From positions 128,001-192,000 of the IMG/VR virus record IMGVR_UViG_3300033463_000010: 64,000 nt of DNA. One strand, 5' to 3'. The notes below the pieces were generated by a model that saw nothing but the letters and a program-made list of their open reading frames with translations, had not been told where the DNA came from and searched no databases. The stretch comes from a virus. Its lineage: Duplodnaviria > Caudoviricetes. This document shows, piece by piece, positions 62,689 to 64,000 of this stretch. Each line of letters opens with the position of its first letter. The stretch's first letter is position 1. Position numbers and translations under genes: made by a program.

Positions 62689-63126
62689 CTATTTCTTCTT
62701 GTTGTCGGGAAGTGCAGGGGCGTTCATATTGACACGGTTCAAGATGCCCTTTGCCATAAGGTAGTTAATGTAGGCGAGCAGGTGCTTGCACGGAGCAGCT
62801 ACCTGCTTCGGGTTATTGATTTTCTTGTTGACGTGACCCGTTCCAGGATAGGTGGACCCGATTTTTGCAAGCGGGTCCTGGACGTAGTATTGGAACGCAG
62901 GACAAGAGCAGATAATGTAAGACACGGGGCTTTGGAAATTGACCTTGCCCGTTTCGTCCTTCTGCAATTCCACTTCCATAGTGTATAAGCCGTTGGACCC
63001 CGTGGCGGTCCCTTTAAGCAGGACGTAATGACCGTTATGCTTTGCGGAACTGTGACGGACCTTTGGCGTTACCTTTGGGGAAAACACCTTTGAATAGTTG
63101 TCGGCTAGATTTTTGAGCGTAACCAT
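62689..63126 (-). CDS. SWIM Zn-finger protein
   Basis: CSCPAF...CKH. Confidence 0.7.
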   Translation of the reverse strand: MVTLKNLADNYSKVFSPKVTPKVRHSSAKHNGHYVLLKGTATGSNGLYTMEVELQKDETGKVNFQSPVSYIICSCPAFQYYVQDPLAKIGSTYPGTGHVNKKINNPKQVAAPCKHLLAYINYLMAKGILNRVNMNAPALPDNKKK

Positions 63127-63144
63127 TTTGCATACCTCGGTAAT

Positions 63145-63978
63145 TTAAGCGGACTGCACCCAACCGCTATCGGTGTAGTAAAAACCGTTCTTTGACACGG
63201 TGTAGGACATTACGGTAGCGTCCTGGGTATGAGCCACGATAGGGGCATCCGTGGACGGTTTACTGTAAAAGAAACTGTCGGCTGCGACGTTCACGGTCCC
63301 CCCTTCGGGCATAGGACTAGGCGACGGCACGGGGGTATCTTCTTCAATTTCATTCAAGAGCATAGCGACGTTGCTCTTGAACGTTTCAAAACCCGCTTCG
63401 GCACCAGGGGCGTTGCACCACATCGCAGGACATAGCTTACCCGTGATTTGGTTGTGCATAATGATATTGCTTACCTTGATACCAAATTCGTCGCAAAGCC
63501 ACGCAGTAAGCTGCACGGCTTTCATATAGGTTTCGTCGTTGAAATACCACCCGTCGTCCATAGGGTCACAGCATTTACGCCCCGTCTTGCAGGAACAGAT
63601 TTCCACGTTAATGGTGTTAGCGTGACCCGCCACACCTGCGTGGCTCATAGAGAGCGGACCCTTGTAGGTTGAGGGACCCCAACCAGGGACTTCACAGGCG
63701 TTCTTTTTACCCACACGGGACCCACAGCTATACGTGCAGAAATGGGTCTTCGGGTTCACCATTTCCCAAATAGCAGATTTACCCACAAGATAGTGAGCGT
63801 TTGAGCCACGCTCCGCATACGACTTGTAGGCTGCGAGCATACCCGCAGGACCGTCGCTGTTACTTGAAAAACCCGAAGTGAAATGAATGACAATATAGGC
63901 GGGAGCATTCCTGCCCCACCTTGTAATGTTAGCCCATAGCTTGTGGGCAGACGATATGGACGGTTTACTTACAGCCAT
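63145..63978 (-). CDS. N-acetylmuramoyl-L-alanine amidase (endolysin) with a C-terminal SH3-like domain
   Basis: YIVIHFT, AHY, INVEIC, HNQITGKLCP. Confidence 0.88.
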   Translation of the reverse strand: MAVSKPSISSAHKLWANITRWGRNAPAYIVIHFTSGFSSNSDGPAGMLAAYKSYAERGSNAHYLVGKSAIWEMVNPKTHFCTYSCGSRVGKKNACEVPGWGPSTYKGPLSMSHAGVAGHANTINVEICSCKTGRKCCDPMDDGWYFNDETYMKAVQLTAWLCDEFGIKVSNIIMHNQITGKLCPAMWCNAPGAEAGFETFKSNVAMLLNEIEEDTPVPSPSPMPEGGTVNVAADSFFYSKPSTDAPIVAHTQDATVMSYTVSKNGFYYTDSGWVQSA

Positions 63979-64000
63979 ACCTTAAATATACATTATTTGT

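Noticed and set aside
1-64000. Stop-codon reassignment
   Set aside because: Known genes are full length in the standard code, TAA, TAG and TGA all end genes, and no suppressor tRNA is present

Overview
Part of a large lytic-type dsDNA phage genome (about 50% GC), with almost every gene on the minus strand. 1-33.5 kb: many short accessory genes organised behind about 11 copies of a conserved sigma70-type promoter/operator/RBS cassette. This region also carries a tRNA cluster, CoaD, SpoVG, a HAD phosphatase, a CpdA-like phosphoesterase, TnpB and a sigma-like factor. 34-55 kb: replication and recombination module (three DNA methyltransferases, RecA-like protein, SSB, UvsY-like mediator, clamp loader, UDG-PolA fusion, two beta-clamp-like proteins, DnaB, intein-containing SNF2 helicase, primase), preceded by a second, fixed-spacing promoter-like motif. 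57-64 kb: glycosyltransferase, probable virion proteins and an amidase endolysin. Headline finding: the tRNA operon (Phe, Glu, Ala, Asn, Tyr, Ser-GCT) is preceded by a 28-aa leader peptide absent from the ORF track, MNKNYANNFYFEAEASFAEAYFAYSQSW, built almost only from those same six amino acids and coupled to mutually exclusive terminator/antiterminator hairpins. This looks like a ribosome-mediated attenuator that switches phage tRNAs on when the matching host tRNAs are depleted. Also notable: a 109-nt tmRNA-like RNA, a roughly 430-nt structured RNA with a tRNA-like end, and palindrome avoidance strong enough to have rewritten tRNA T-loops. Functional calls come from motif recognition by eye; no database searches were run.
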